Program-made: the position numbers and the translations under genes
Source of the DNA: an uncultured candidate division Zixibacteria bacterium
GTDB lineage: Bacteria; Zixibacteria; MSB-5A5; UBA10806
Direction of reading: 5' to 3'
Length of the DNA: 64,000 nt
Assembly: GCA_963817915.1 (NCBI GenBank)
Contig: CAWFQL010000010.1
Coordinates: 39,482-103,481 of the forward strand
Notes under the pieces: model-generated
Told to the model about the DNA's origin: nothing
What the model saw: only the letters and a program-made list of their open reading frames with translations
Database searches by the model: none
Part shown: positions 10,951 through 21,291 of the stretch, one piece after another
How the letters are laid out: each line of letters starts with the position of its first letter
Position numbering within the stretch: position 1 is the first letter of the stretch

Positions 10951-11070
10951 GTGGAAGGACGGGGGCCCCGCTTTCTAGTCGGCTTTGTTTCGCCGGCAAT
11001 GTGACGATTTGGATCCTGGGATCCAGCGCCACATTATTTGTCCGGCAACCGACGGACTTAATGTGGCGCA
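10951..11070. repeat. Nested palindromic intergenic element
   Basis: gcgccacatta...taatgtggcgc arms enclosing gtccg-gcaaccga-cggac, next to tggatcctgggatcca. Lies between convergent genes. Confidence 0.55.
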
Positions 11071-11165
11071 ATTACGCAAACACTAATGTTCGTTTGTCGA
11101 TTTGACCGGAATATAATAATGTAGGATGTAATTAAAAATGAAACGAAAATAAAACTAAACACAAA

Positions 11166-11666
11166 TTACTCAAATACTATCAAAGTCTGATTCTTATCCA
11201 CCGCCTGCCGCGTGCCGATTTTTATCTCTTTGATTATTCCGGACGCAGGGGCCTTTAGCTCATTTTCCATTTTCATGGCTTCCATAATCACCAGGCCGTC
11301 ACCCTTCTTCACCTTTTGGCCGACTTCAACTTCGATTTTCAGTATCAATCCCGGCATCGGTGCCTTTAGCGATGATACCTTCGATTTATTTTCGGTATTG
11401 CCCATCAGGCTTTTGAAGCGCGCCGTTTTCTCATCGACCACGTCGCCATTGAGCCGACCGCCATTGCTCCAGATAATATAGCCGCTCTCGGCCTTTTCGA
11501 ATTCCAGTTCGTAATGGCGATTTTCAACTAATATCGAATGTGATTTATTACCGTTCGAATTCAAATAGCTGAAGTTGATTTTTTCGCCGTTAATGATAGC
11601 ATTGGAATCGGAACCATCCAATTCGATTTCAAATTTTCTTTCGCCAATCGTGACAATATATTTCAT
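11166..11666 (-). CDS. accB: Biotin carboxyl carrier protein subunit (acetyl/propionyl-CoA carboxylase)
   Basis: LKAPMPG and [11 protein letters not shown] biotinyl motif. Start MKYIVT at 11666. Confidence 0.9.
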   Translation of the reverse strand: MKYIVTIGERKFEIELDGSDSNAIINGEKINFSYLNSNGNKSHSILVENRHYELEFEKAESGYIIWSNGGRLNGDVVDEKTARFKSLMGNTENKSKVSSLKAPMPGLILKIEVEVGQKVKKGDGLVIMEAMKMENELKAPASGIIKEIKIGTRQAVDKNQTLIVFE

Positions 11667-13180
11667 CGCCATCCTCCATTGAATGGCTTGACAGCCTGAT
11701 TCGCTCGTCCGCTGGCCTTCCATTGCGACTTCACGGACTTTTGGTTTAGCGAAATTGTATTTTTGCTTTTGGATCGATGCTCAACCAACGCCATTGTCAG
11801 GGCCGCGGCTTTCTCCATTGATTCATCTGATTTTGACGAAGGATCGTAATATTCCGCTATGAAATTAGTCGATAGATTCCCTTTAACAAATTCCGGATGG
11901 TTCAAAATAACTTTGTGAAATTCAATATTGGTCGTAATACCGGCGATTCTGTATTCATCGAGCGCGCGCAGCATCCTGCCGATCGCTTGCGAGCGGTCTT
12001 TCCCGAATGTCACTAATTTTGCGATCATCGGGTCATAATAAACGCTGATTTCCATCCCCTCATAAACGCCGCTATCAACCCTTACACCCGGCCCCGAAGG
12101 CTGATTGTACCCTCTAATCACTCCGGTGGATGGCATGAAATTCGATTGCGAATCCTCGGCATATATACGGCATTCGATGGAGTGCCCCTTGATCTCGATA
12201 TCGTCCTGTTTGAATGACAGCTTCTCGCCCGCCGCGATTCTAATCTGCTCGACCGCTAAATCTATCCCTGTGACCATCTCAGTCACCGGATGCTCCACTT
12301 GCAGACGAGTATTCATTTCGAGAAAATAAAATTTCCGCTCGTTGTCAGCCAGGAACTCGACAGTCCCCGCGTTAACATACCTGGCCGCTTTCGCCGCGGC
12401 AACCGCGGCCTCACCCATACGCCGTCTCATTTCGGAATCGACTAATACGCTTGGTGCTTCTTCAATTACCTTTTGGTGACGTCTCTGTATCGAGCATTCA
12501 CGTTCGCCGAGATAGATATAGTTGCCATGCGAATCGGCGATTATCTGAATTTCAATATGTCGCGGATGATGCAGGTATTTTTCGATATAAATCCTGTCAT
12601 CCCCGAATGCCGATTTCGCTTCAGACTTCGCGCCTCGAAATGCCGATTTGATTTCGTCGCGACTATTTACAACCCGCATCCCTTTGCCGCCACCGCCGCC
12701 TGCCGCTTTAATTAATACCGGATATCCGATTTCTTCAGCGATCTTGATACACGATGCCTCATCATCGATTTTATCCTGCGTGCCCGGCACAACCGGCACT
12801 TTCGCCTTCATCATCGCCTTGCGGGCCGCCATCTTGTCGCCCATCATCTCTATTGCCGATGGCGGTGGACCTATAAAAATCAAACCAGCTTTTTCGCATG
12901 CACGAGCAAAATTCGGATTTTCCGATAAGAAGCCGTACCCCGGATGAATCGCCTCCGCCCCGGCCTTTTTCGCGGTCGAAATTATTTTATCGATTACCAA
13001 ATAAGATTCCGACGACGGAGCGGGGCCAATATGATATGCCTCATCCGCCAGACGAACATGCAGCGATGTTCTGTCGGCATCGGAAAAAACCGCCACGGCC
13101 TGTATTCCCAAATCATGGCAGGCGCGAATCACCCTGACCGCAATCTCGCCTCTATTGGCAATCAAAACCTTTTTAAACAG
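11663..13180 (-). CDS. accC: Biotin carboxylase subunit
   Basis: [58 protein letters not shown]. Apparent CTG start at 13180 after gagg. Confidence 0.95.
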   Translation of the reverse strand: MFKKVLIANRGEIAVRVIRACHDLGIQAVAVFSDADRTSLHVRLADEAYHIGPAPSSESYLVIDKIISTAKKAGAEAIHPGYGFLSENPNFARACEKAGLIFIGPPPSAIEMMGDKMAARKAMMKAKVPVVPGTQDKIDDEASCIKIAEEIGYPVLIKAAGGGGGKGMRVVNSRDEIKSAFRGAKSEAKSAFGDDRIYIEKYLHHPRHIEIQIIADSHGNYIYLGERECSIQRRHQKVIEEAPSVLVDSEMRRRMGEAAVAAAKAARYVNAGTVEFLADNERKFYFLEMNTRLQVEHPVTEMVTGIDLAVEQIRIAAGEKLSFKQDDIEIKGHSIECRIYAEDSQSNFMPSTGVIRGYNQPSGPGVRVDSGVYEGMEISVYYDPMIAKLVTFGKDRSQAIGRMLRALDEYRIAGITTNIEFHKVILNHPEFVKGNLSTNFIAEYYDPSSKSDESMEKAAALTMALVEHRSKSKNTISLNQKSVKSQWKASGRANQAVKPFNGGWR

Positions 13181-13204
13181 AATAAACCTCGCTCATAACT
13201 AATA

Positions 13205-13870
13205 CTATATCGGCCAATCTTTCATATTCCAAGCCATTTCCCAAAACATGTATTCCAACCTTGAGCTCATATCGAATGTTTCCTGCATCGAATGTAATTC
13301 ATTCTGCGGCGCCGATCTGGCATAATCATCGACTATTGTTCTATAATGCTTAATCATCTTATCATAATCATCCGACGCGTATGTCTCGATCCATTGACGA
13401 TAATGCTTCTCATCCGGCAGGCCTTGTTTTTTTAAACGTTGCCCAATTTCGACATATCCCCATCCACATGGCAGAAATCCGCAAAGTATATCGCCGGTCG
13501 ATCCCAGCAACGCCGACTTAATCAGATATGATGTATAGTTCAAACAATCCGGCGCTGGACGAGTCCTTTCAAGATCAGTAGATGTAATTCCAAAATCAGC
13601 GCAGATACTGCGATGCAATTCCATCTCGCCCGTCAATGTCAGATGTGCTATTTCGATAAATCCTGTCATCAAACCAAGGTCGCGTTGACGAATAGCCACC
13701 AGCGAAAGATAACGGGCGAAATCGATTAGATAGACATAATCCTGCTTGAGAAAGAATATGAATTTATCTTTGGGAAGTGTCCCATTGCCAATACCCTGCA
13801 CGAATGGGTGGCTGTAATTCGCCTCCCATATCGCGTCGGCGTTATTTCTCATTTCGTCAGTAAATCCCAT
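13205..13870 (-). CDS. tenA: Thiaminase II / TenA
   Basis: HPFVQGIGNGTL, FLKQDYVYL, FLPCGWGY (catalytic Cys), WIETYAS, LEYMFWEMA. Confidence 0.92.
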   Translation of the reverse strand: MGFTDEMRNNADAIWEANYSHPFVQGIGNGTLPKDKFIFFLKQDYVYLIDFARYLSLVAIRQRDLGLMTGFIEIAHLTLTGEMELHRSICADFGITSTDLERTRPAPDCLNYTSYLIKSALLGSTGDILCGFLPCGWGYVEIGQRLKKQGLPDEKHYRQWIETYASDDYDKMIKHYRTIVDDYARSAPQNELHSMQETFDMSSRLEYMFWEMAWNMKDWPI

Positions 13871-13888
13871 AATATCGTTTTCTTGATC

Positions 13889-13956
13889 GTAGGTCGAAAC
13901 CTTTATGGTTTCTACATCTGGAAAATATTGTCGAAAGAGCAAACCTTTCAACCTAC
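13889..13956. repeat. Inverted doublet of GTAG-type REP hairpins (REPIN-like)
   Basis: gtaggtcgaaacc-tttat-ggtttctaca, facing an opposite-strand gtaggttgaaagg-tttgc-tctttcgaca. Confidence 0.7.
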
Positions 13957-13959
13957 TTA

Positions 13960-14406
13960 TTATTTTCGCAATGAATCCTTATACTCTTTGAGTTTGGCAG
14001 TATGCCAGCCGTTATGTTCGATAACAACTCCGCTGAGCCATTTTGGCGGACCGCCTCTCTTATTCCAAACATCGGCAGGGACGGCGGAAACATCCATTAT
14101 AAGTGCTTCGTGAGTGGCATTGTATAATTTCAATACCTGCTCGTAGGAAAGATGCTTCATGCTTTCATACCATAGTTCATTGAATTTTAGATATTCCTTG
14201 GCATAGGAGAAATCGATTTCATTGCCGGTGCGCCAGATAGCAAATAGCTTAAGTACTTCGCCCTCCCACATGGCAACATGCAGAACTACATCGCGCGCGG
14301 ACCATTTGCCTATAGTGCTTTCCCGAATCATTTCCTCTTCGGTCAATCCATCAATCGACTCCAACAAATTAGTGCGTGATTTATTAAGATCATCTACAAT
14401 CTGCAT
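13960..14406 (-). CDS. DinB/ClbS-DfsB-like four-helix-bundle protein
   Basis: LLESIDGLTEEEM, WSARDVVLHVAMWE, C-terminal HxxxH (EHNGWH). Confidence 0.75.
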   Translation of the reverse strand: MQIVDDLNKSRTNLLESIDGLTEEEMIRESTIGKWSARDVVLHVAMWEGEVLKLFAIWRTGNEIDFSYAKEYLKFNELWYESMKHLSYEQVLKLYNATHEALIMDVSAVPADVWNKRGGPPKWLSGVVIEHNGWHTAKLKEYKDSLRK

Positions 14407-14480
14407 GTCATCCTCTCATCATTTCAACAAAAGCATAATCCCGTATCTACCTGTCTATGAAGATAAAATTTATATTCTCG

Positions 14481-14964
14481 ATGGTCAACGATAATCGCTT
14501 TGGCGGGTAGGCCCGAACCCCTGCGGTTCGGGCTCTTTTTTGACCGCGCCGTAATGTATCGGCCCTCGAGCGAGTGCGATATTGGGCGGCAGTGGTCATC
14601 GACTGCCCCTCACGAAGTTTTGATAAAGGGCAGCCGGGACGTCTGCCGCTCAGCCAATCCCCGGTTATTGCGAGGAATCCGCCGAAGGCGGATGACAAAG
14701 CAATCTGAAGGCTGTCCCCAGATTGCTTCGTCCGGCAAATGCCGGACTCGCAAAGACAACTGTAGGATCAAAATGATCAATGATAATCGACTAATGAGTA
14801 GGCCCGAGCCCCCGCAGTTTAAGCGGTGTCAGGAATCCCTTCCTGACACCTTACGCGGGGAACGGTCATGAAGGGATTCATGACCGCGCCGTAAAATAAA
14901 ATAGGGGCTCAAAATTTTGAACCCCTACAATTCCATATCATCGTCGGGTCAGACGACTCGACGA
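14481..14964. repeat. Mosaic cluster of several REP/REPIN-like palindrome families
   Basis: At least 8 hairpins, including gtaggcccgaacc..ggttcgggc, the 14584/14628 doublet, the gttattgcgag..ctcgcaaagac element (14664-14757), the 14825/14863 doublet and gtaggggttcaaaattttgagcccct (minus, 14902-14928). Confidence 0.8.
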
Positions 14965-14977
14965 AACAAAATATCTC

Positions 14978-15511
14978 TTACACCGCCGCGGCGCCTTTAT
15001 CGATCGCCTTCTTGTTCATATCGAGCATCGCTTCGGTCGCGCGCGGATAGACCTTCTTGATATTATTTTTCAACGTATCCAATTTGATCGCGCCGGTCTT
15101 TTTGATGTAAGCGCCGAGCATGACCATATTGGCGGCCTTGAGATTGCCAAGACTCTCCGCGAGATCATTCACCGGCACATCGACAATATTAATATCGGTG
15201 CGCTTTGGACGAGACGAAACCAGCGACGTATTGATTATCATCAAACCGCCCGGCTTCAATGACGATTCGAATTTGCCCAATGACGGCTCATTCATGATGA
15301 GAAGCGTATCGGGGCTGCCGACTACCGGCGAGGCCACGGGATCGGTCGAAATAACTACCGAACAGTTGGCCGTACCGCCTCTCATCTCAGCGCCATAAGC
15401 GGGGAAGAATGTGACATTGAGTCCGTCCATCATACCGGCATAGGCCAGCATGATTCCACCGGAGATTATCCCCTGTCCCCCGAAGCCAGACATGATTACA
15501 CCTTGATACAT
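14978..15511 (-). CDS. 2-oxoacid:ferredoxin oxidoreductase gamma subunit
   Basis: SGFGGQG, PAYGAEMRGGTANC, ANMVMLGA. Confidence 0.93.
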   Translation of the reverse strand: MYQGVIMSGFGGQGIISGGIMLAYAGMMDGLNVTFFPAYGAEMRGGTANCSVVISTDPVASPVVGSPDTLLIMNEPSLGKFESSLKPGGLMIINTSLVSSRPKRTDINIVDVPVNDLAESLGNLKAANMVMLGAYIKKTGAIKLDTLKNNIKKVYPRATEAMLDMNKKAIDKGAAAV

Positions 15512-15526
15512 GATATGACTCCCTTC

Positions 15527-16303
15527 CTACTCATCATCCGATGATTTTGATGTGCCACGTTTATCGTCTTCCGGCTCTTTGTAAATTCCAAGCGGGAAGT
15601 ATGGAATCATCTCTTTCCTAACTCTCTCGAGCGAATTGAGCGGCGTCATGCCCCAATCGGTCGGGCATTGAGAAAGCACTTCTACCAATGTAAAACCGCG
15701 TTTCTGAATCTGATATTCTAATGCTCTCTTGATGGCTTTTTTCGTTTTTATCACACCAGCCGGTTTATCAACCGTGGTTCTCTCAAGATAGACCGGGCCA
15801 TCGAGCGCGGCCAACAATTCGCATACTCGAATAGGATAGCCGTTGGCAGCGACGGTTCGGCCCGCCGGCGATGTTGTCGAACGCATTCCAAGCAATGTTG
15901 TCGGGGCCATCTGGCCGCCGGTCATGCCATAGATAGCGTTATTGATGAATATGATCGTGATATTTTCCGAACGGGCGGCGGCGTGAATAGTCTCGGCCAT
16001 CCCTATCGATGCCAGATCGCCATCGCCTTGATATGAAAATACTAATTTGTCCGGCAGATTTCTTTTGATACCGGTAGCGATCGCCGGACCTCTGCCGTGC
16101 GCTCCCTGAATCATATCGCAATTGAAATACTCATCCGCGAAAACCGAGCATCCGACAGGCGCGACACCAATAGTCTTATCGCCCATTCCAAGTTCGGTAT
16201 AGCATTCGGCCAGCAATCGATGGACTACGCCATGACCGCAGCCGGGGCAGTAACGCATGGGAGTCGAAGTCAGCCCGTTAGTTCTTTGAAATACTATTTC
16301 CAT
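15527..16303 (-). CDS. 2-oxoacid:ferredoxin oxidoreductase beta (TPP-binding) subunit
   Basis: YCPGCGHG, HGRGPA, YQGDGDLASIG, NNAIYGMTGGQMAPT, SQCPTDWG. Confidence 0.95.
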   Translation of the reverse strand: MEIVFQRTNGLTSTPMRYCPGCGHGVVHRLLAECYTELGMGDKTIGVAPVGCSVFADEYFNCDMIQGAHGRGPAIATGIKRNLPDKLVFSYQGDGDLASIGMAETIHAAARSENITIIFINNAIYGMTGGQMAPTTLLGMRSTTSPAGRTVAANGYPIRVCELLAALDGPVYLERTTVDKPAGVIKTKKAIKRALEYQIQKRGFTLVEVLSQCPTDWGMTPLNSLERVRKEMIPYFPLGIYKEPEDDKRGTSKSSDDE

Positions 16304-16322
16304 TATCTATCTCCAATCCCGG

Positions 16323-17411
16323 CTATGGCCTGATATAAAGTTTATAGTCATCGCCCGAGAGTATTTTCTTCGTGATTTCCAAAATTTCTTCGCCGGTCGG
16401 AATACCGCCCGCGGGACGTTTGTGAAGATGAATCTCAGCCTTGCCATTAATTGACAATTGGACATCTTCAACATATTGGCCCAGACTCATTTCCACGACC
16501 AGAAACTTCTTCACCTTCTTCGCCAGGTCTCTGAATACCTGAGTCGGGAATGGCCAAACTGTTATCGGGCGAATGAAACCGATTTTCAATCCTTCTCGTC
16601 GACCCAAATTCATCGCTGTCTCGCAAATTCTGGCCGAGGTTCCGTAAGCCGTCAGGATTATATCGGCGCCATCGGTATTCAATTTTTCATATCGAATTTC
16701 ATTGGCAGTGATGAGATTGTATTTTTCTTCCAGACGGAAATTCCATTTCTCCATTTTCAATGGAGCCAGGTCATAGGATTTGACGATTCGCCTGTTATCG
16801 CCGCTCCCGCCTCTCAACGCCCATGTGGGCAATGAAAACGATTTGGGATCAATTTTATCAAAATCGAATTCGATCGGTTCCATCATTTGGCCTAAAATTC
16901 CATCGGCCAGGATCATCGTAGGAATCCGATACTTGAAGGCAACTTCGTAGCAAATTTTGGGGAAATTCGCCATCTCGCCGACAGTCTTCGGCGCCATTAC
17001 GAAAACTCTGTAATCGCCGTGCCCGCCGCCACGAGTAGCCTGGAAATAATCGCCCTGCGATGGCGCGATATTGCCAAGTCCCGGCCCACCGCGAACAACA
17101 TTGGCGAAAAATATGGGTAGCTCTGCAGAAGCACAATATGAGATACCCTCCTGCTTCAAGCTGATACCCGGCGACGATGATGATGTCATCGTGCGCGTGC
17201 CGGTAGCTGACGCTCCGAACAGCATATTAATAGCGGATACTTCGGATTCGGCCTGAAGGAATGTTCCTCCCACCTCCGGCAATCGCCACGACATGTATTC
17301 CGGGATTTCGTTTTGTGGTGTAATTGGATAGCCCGCGAAAAAACGACAACCGGCCCTGACCGCACCCTCGGCCACGGCCTCATTACCCTTCATCATGATT
17401 CTTTCACCCAT
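16323..17411 (-). CDS. vorB: 2-oxoacid:ferredoxin oxidoreductase alpha subunit (VorB-like)
   Basis: MKGNEAVAEGA, GYPITPQ, QAESE, TSSSSPGISLKQE, RGGPGLGNI, GGGHGDY. Confidence 0.9.
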   Translation of the reverse strand: MGERIMMKGNEAVAEGAVRAGCRFFAGYPITPQNEIPEYMSWRLPEVGGTFLQAESEVSAINMLFGASATGTRTMTSSSSPGISLKQEGISYCASAELPIFFANVVRGGPGLGNIAPSQGDYFQATRGGGHGDYRVFVMAPKTVGEMANFPKICYEVAFKYRIPTMILADGILGQMMEPIEFDFDKIDPKSFSLPTWALRGGSGDNRRIVKSYDLAPLKMEKWNFRLEEKYNLITANEIRYEKLNTDGADIILTAYGTSARICETAMNLGRREGLKIGFIRPITVWPFPTQVFRDLAKKVKKFLVVEMSLGQYVEDVQLSINGKAEIHLHKRPAGGIPTGEEILEITKKILSGDDYKLYIRP

Positions 17412-17423
17412 TATCAATCCTTC

Positions 17424-17627
17424 CTACTTATAAACCGTGATGGCTACATCGGGGCAGACAAAGGCGCACAACCGGCAACCATTACATGCCGATGGATTCA
17501 CCATTGTGGCCGGATAATAACCTGTGGAGGAGAATGTTTTCGAAAGGCCAATAACTTTTTTGGGACATGAAGGGATACATAACTCGCACCCCTTGCAGAG
17601 TAGCGTATTTACATCTATTTTCGGCAT
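17424..17627 (-). CDS. 2x[4Fe-4S] ferredoxin (delta subunit)
   Basis: CKGCELCIPSCP and CNGCRLCAFVCPD. Confidence 0.93.
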   Translation of the reverse strand: MPKIDVNTLLCKGCELCIPSCPKKVIGLSKTFSSTGYYPATMVNPSACNGCRLCAFVCPDVAITVYK

Positions 17628-17662
17628 CAAGAACCTCCTCAAAGTAAAGCCTAAACTCCCTG

Positions 17663-17691
17663 AATATAAGTTTACGCCTATGGGGGGTCAA
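17663..17691 (-). promoter_or_regulatory. Sigma70-like promoter of the oxidoreductase operon
   Basis: TTGACC-17 bp-TATATT on the minus strand. Confidence 0.65.
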
Positions 17692-17724
17692 GGATTTAAG
17701 TAAAAAGTTCTATACTTGAAACAC

Positions 17725-17757
17725 AAAAAGAAAACCGCCCCACGAACATGGAGCGGC
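17725..17757 (-). terminator. Rho-independent terminator
   Basis: Minus strand gccgctccatg-ttcg-tggggcgg followed by ttttcttttt, downstream of the 61-aa gene. Confidence 0.75.
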
Positions 17758-17791
17758 CAGAACAACTTAAAATCGAGTCTATTTTAATCTA

Positions 17792-17977
17792 TCAATAGTA
17801 TTCTTTCTGATTGCACTTGCAGATCGGAACAATATTTCTTCTAAATCTGATAGACCCGCTGGCCGACGGTATCGGCAAGATTAATGCTGTCGGTGTCATT
17901 GGAGTCCCACATACCGGACAGTTCATCACGTGTTTCTTTTTCGATGCCTTATCGGCGAATGATTGCCTTTTAGCCAT
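17792..17977 (-). CDS. Small basic Cys-containing protein (possible DUF4295/bL38-like, Zn ribbon)
   Basis: Strong RBS ggagg, MAKRQSFADKASKKK, CPVC...CKC, own terminator. Confidence 0.7.
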   Translation of the reverse strand: MAKRQSFADKASKKKHVMNCPVCGTPMTPTALILPIPSASGSIRFRRNIVPICKCNQKEYY

Positions 17978-18058
17978 AAATCCTCCGTTGGCGCCAATAT
18001 AATATCAGCCGTCAATAATGCAAATGGTTTTTTTGCGGGTTTTTGACATAATTTATGT

Positions 18059-18943
18059 CTACCTTGTCCGGAATAAGACACCAATGGAATACGACCCGTA
18101 GGAATAGATATCGTCGATACAGTCTTCTTTGAAAACATCTACGAGAAAATGCCCGAACATTGACGTATTGGGAAGCGCGAAGGTGACAATTCTTGTTTGG
18201 GATGAATCATTGGGTACATCGATAGCAGTATAAACTCCCGCCGTCGTGGGGTAGCGAAATCTAATGAAATCCCTCGAATTTGGAGTATGGATATTAACAA
18301 TGAGAGTTTCCCCCGGGGCAAACTGCAAAATTGAGGCTAACGGTTTCTCGGCGATATCGACAGCATGATTGGGGTATGAAACCGAGTTAATAATGATAGT
18401 GCTGATGCCTCCGATATAAGCGCCGGCATAACTCGCGTCCGATATATTCCGCAAGAGCCAACCTCTATGCGTATTATAATCGAATCCCATTTTGACAAAA
18501 TATGCGGTCATTGTACCCTTGATTGAGAACGGCTTCGATAATCTTACAGGCGTGGAGCCGCCATTGGTTGTGTCGACACCGATTATTTCCAAAGTGCCCC
18601 AGAAAAATTTATCCACTGTTACATCGGCCACAGGCAGGCTGTCCGGAGGCGCGCCCTGAGGGGGATAGGTAATATGAATATCAATGAAAAGGGAATCTTT
18701 ATTTACCATCCTCCAGAAATGAAGCGGTCGAAATGAGCTACTTAGTCCCAATGTCGTATCGGGAATGGTACGATCAAGTAAATCGATATTAAACTCGGCC
18801 GTTCGATCATATCTGATAATATTATAAATCGCGTCTTCATTGGTCGGCTCGAACGGTTTATCGACACCGGTAGCCCCGCATGATAAAATGACTGCCACCA
18901 AAGAAAACATCGATATCAGCCACATTCTAATTGTAGATTTCAT
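18059..18943 (-). CDS. Hypothetical lipoprotein
   Basis: Signal peptide with lipobox-like VILSC. Start overlaps the uvrB stop. Confidence 0.65.
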   Translation of the reverse strand: MKSTIRMWLISMFSLVAVILSCGATGVDKPFEPTNEDAIYNIIRYDRTAEFNIDLLDRTIPDTTLGLSSSFRPLHFWRMVNKDSLFIDIHITYPPQGAPPDSLPVADVTVDKFFWGTLEIIGVDTTNGGSTPVRLSKPFSIKGTMTAYFVKMGFDYNTHRGWLLRNISDASYAGAYIGGISTIIINSVSYPNHAVDIAEKPLASILQFAPGETLIVNIHTPNSRDFIRFRYPTTAGVYTAIDVPNDSSQTRIVTFALPNTSMFGHFLVDVFKEDCIDDIYSYGSYSIGVLFRTR

Positions 18944-20936
18944 TTCTTATCAACCACCTTCCGCAAACGGGCAATCTCATCTCTCATTTCAGCCGCCTTT
19001 TCGAATTGCATATTTTTTGCCGCACCTTTCATCATTCTCTCCAGGGCTATGATTCGCTCCACATATTCCAAACGGGCAACAGCGTCGATCTCCTCCGACG
19101 CATTTTTCTCCGGCGCCACAGTTTTGGCGTCGGCGAATGCCGTAGTTTTCATGATTTCCTCGCGAGTCTTGAAAATAGTCTCCGGTTCGATGCCATGGTC
19201 AATATTGTATTGCATCTGAATTTTGCGCCGTCTATCGGTCTCGTAAATTGCTTTTCTCATAGACTCGGTGATTTCGTCGGCATACATGATAACTTCTCCG
19301 GCCTTATTCCTCGCGGCTCTACCGGAAGTTTGTATTAGTGATCTCTCAGAGCGAAGGAAGCCTTCCTTGTCAGCATCGAGAATGGCGACTAAAGATACTT
19401 CGGGCAAATCAAGCCCTTCTCTCAATAGATTAATGCCAACCAAAACATCAAATTCGGCCAGTCTAAGGTCTCGCAATATTTCGACTCTATCGATAGCGTC
19501 GATCTCGGAATGAAGATATCTGACTTTGATATCCAGATTATGAAGGTACTCGGTCAAATCCTCGGCCATACGCTTGGTCAATGTGGTTACCAAAACCCGT
19601 TCCTTTTTCGCGACTCGCATCTTAATCTGGGCAATCAAGTCGTCTATCTGAGTCTTAACCGGCTTTACGGTGATCAGAGGATCGATTAATCCGGTTGGGC
19701 GAATTATCTGCTCGACCACGACGCCGCCCGATTTTTCGAGCTCATAATTCGATGGCGTTGCGGATACAAAAACCGCCTGATGAATTCGGCTTTCGAATTC
19801 CTCGAAATATAGCGGTCTGTTATCCAGCGCGGACGGAAGCCTGAAACCGAATTCGACAAGGGTTTCTTTACGCGATCTATCGCCTTTAAACATGCCGCGG
19901 ATCTGGGGGATTGTCTGATGAGATTCATCGATTATTAATAAGATAATCTTTCGGGAAAAAATCGAATAGTGTATATGGCGGCTCACCGGCTTTCCGTCCG
20001 GCAAGATGACGGGAATAATTTTCTACCCCGGTGCAGTATCCGATTTCCTGCATCATCTCGATATCGTAATGAGTTCTCGATTCCAGTCTTTGGGCTTCGA
20101 GCAATTTGCCATTGTTTTTAAAGAATATCAGGCGATCGTTTAATTCCTTTTCGATATCGCCAGCGGCACGGGTGAGATTTTCCTCGCCGGTTACAAAATG
20201 CCGAGCCGGATATATCGAATGCTTTTTCTTCTCTTCAAGCAAACGTCCATCAACAAGATCGACCAGTGATATTTTTTCAATCTGCTCGCCGAAGAATTCT
20301 ATTCGAATAGCATATTCTTCATAGGCCGGATGGACTTCTACTACGTCTCCCCTGACCCGAAATTGCCCGCGTCCGAATTCGATATCATTTCGTGAGTAAT
20401 GGATATCAATTAGCTGCTTTAGAAGTTTGTCCCGTTCGACTTCTTGACCGACCTCCAACATTATCAGCATATTTTTGTAATCGATCGGAGAGCCAAGTCC
20501 GTAAATGCAAGATACCGATGATACGATCACGACATCTTCCCGTTCGAGAAGAGATGATGTCGCCCGCAATCTAAGGCGATCAATATCGTCATTGATCGAT
20601 GTGTCCTTTTCAATGTAGGTGTCGCTCGACGGCACATAGGCTTCCGGCTGATAATAATCGTAATAGCTGATAAAAAACTCGACCGCGTTTTCCGGGAAAA
20701 ATCCCTTTAATTCGCCGTAAAGCTGGGCGGCCAGTGTCTTATTATGCGACATTACCAAGGTCGGCCTGCCGTAATTGGCGATGACATTGGCCATGGTGAA
20801 TGTCTTGCCCGAACCTGTAACTCCAAGCAGTGTCTGGAATTTGTCGCCTCGTCTTGAGGGCTTCAGTCAGCTCGTTTATCGCCTGCGGCTGGTCGCCCTG
20901 CGGCGAATAACTGGATTGTAATTTGAATTCTGCCAT
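18940..20936 (-). CDS. uvrB: Excinuclease ABC subunit B, split by two apparent indels (~20850, ~19935)
   Basis: [65 protein letters not shown] and C-terminal UVR domain across three ORFs. Confidence 0.95.
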
Positions 20937-21000
20937 AAGTTATAAATATATACAATTGAAACGGCAAAACCATTCTTAAATTATGAAAATATTTTCCCCG

Positions 21001-21274
21001 TGTCGTCGGGTCGCCGTACCCGACGACAACCCAATTATAATTAATTTGATTCATTGCGTGTCAAAGCTTGCTTTGACCGCAGGATGTAGGGTCGCGGGGC
21101 AGGAGTGGAACACTCCTGCCAATAGAGCCCGGTCGGCAGGAGTCTTCGACTCCTTCCCGACTTTTCTTGCGAGTCAGTAGCAATAGGTTGCGTTTTGATC
21201 CGGCTTCTGCCGGAGAAAACCCGACAATGCGAATCTTTTGTCGGGTTCTTTGAACCCGACCTACTCAGGCTATA
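21001..21274. repeat. Cluster of REP-like hairpins
   Basis: tgtcgtcggg..cccgacgaca, ggcaggagtg..cactcctgcc, and an inverted doublet at 21184-21264 ending in gtaggtcgggttcaaagaacccgaca (minus). Confidence 0.75.
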
Positions 21275-21291
21275 AAAATATCTAATTTCGA

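Noticed and set aside
10951..11070. 6S RNA, SRP RNA or c-di-GMP riboswitch
   Set aside because: Diagnostic motifs were not found, and it lies 3' of both neighbouring genes
13871..13959. TPP riboswitch upstream of tenA
   Set aside because: No GCUGAGA or CUGAU motifs. The gap is filled by a REP doublet.
14447..14871. ORFs 14500..14871 (+) and 14447..14698 (-)
   Set aside because: They run through GC-rich palindromic repeats and have no protein-like signature
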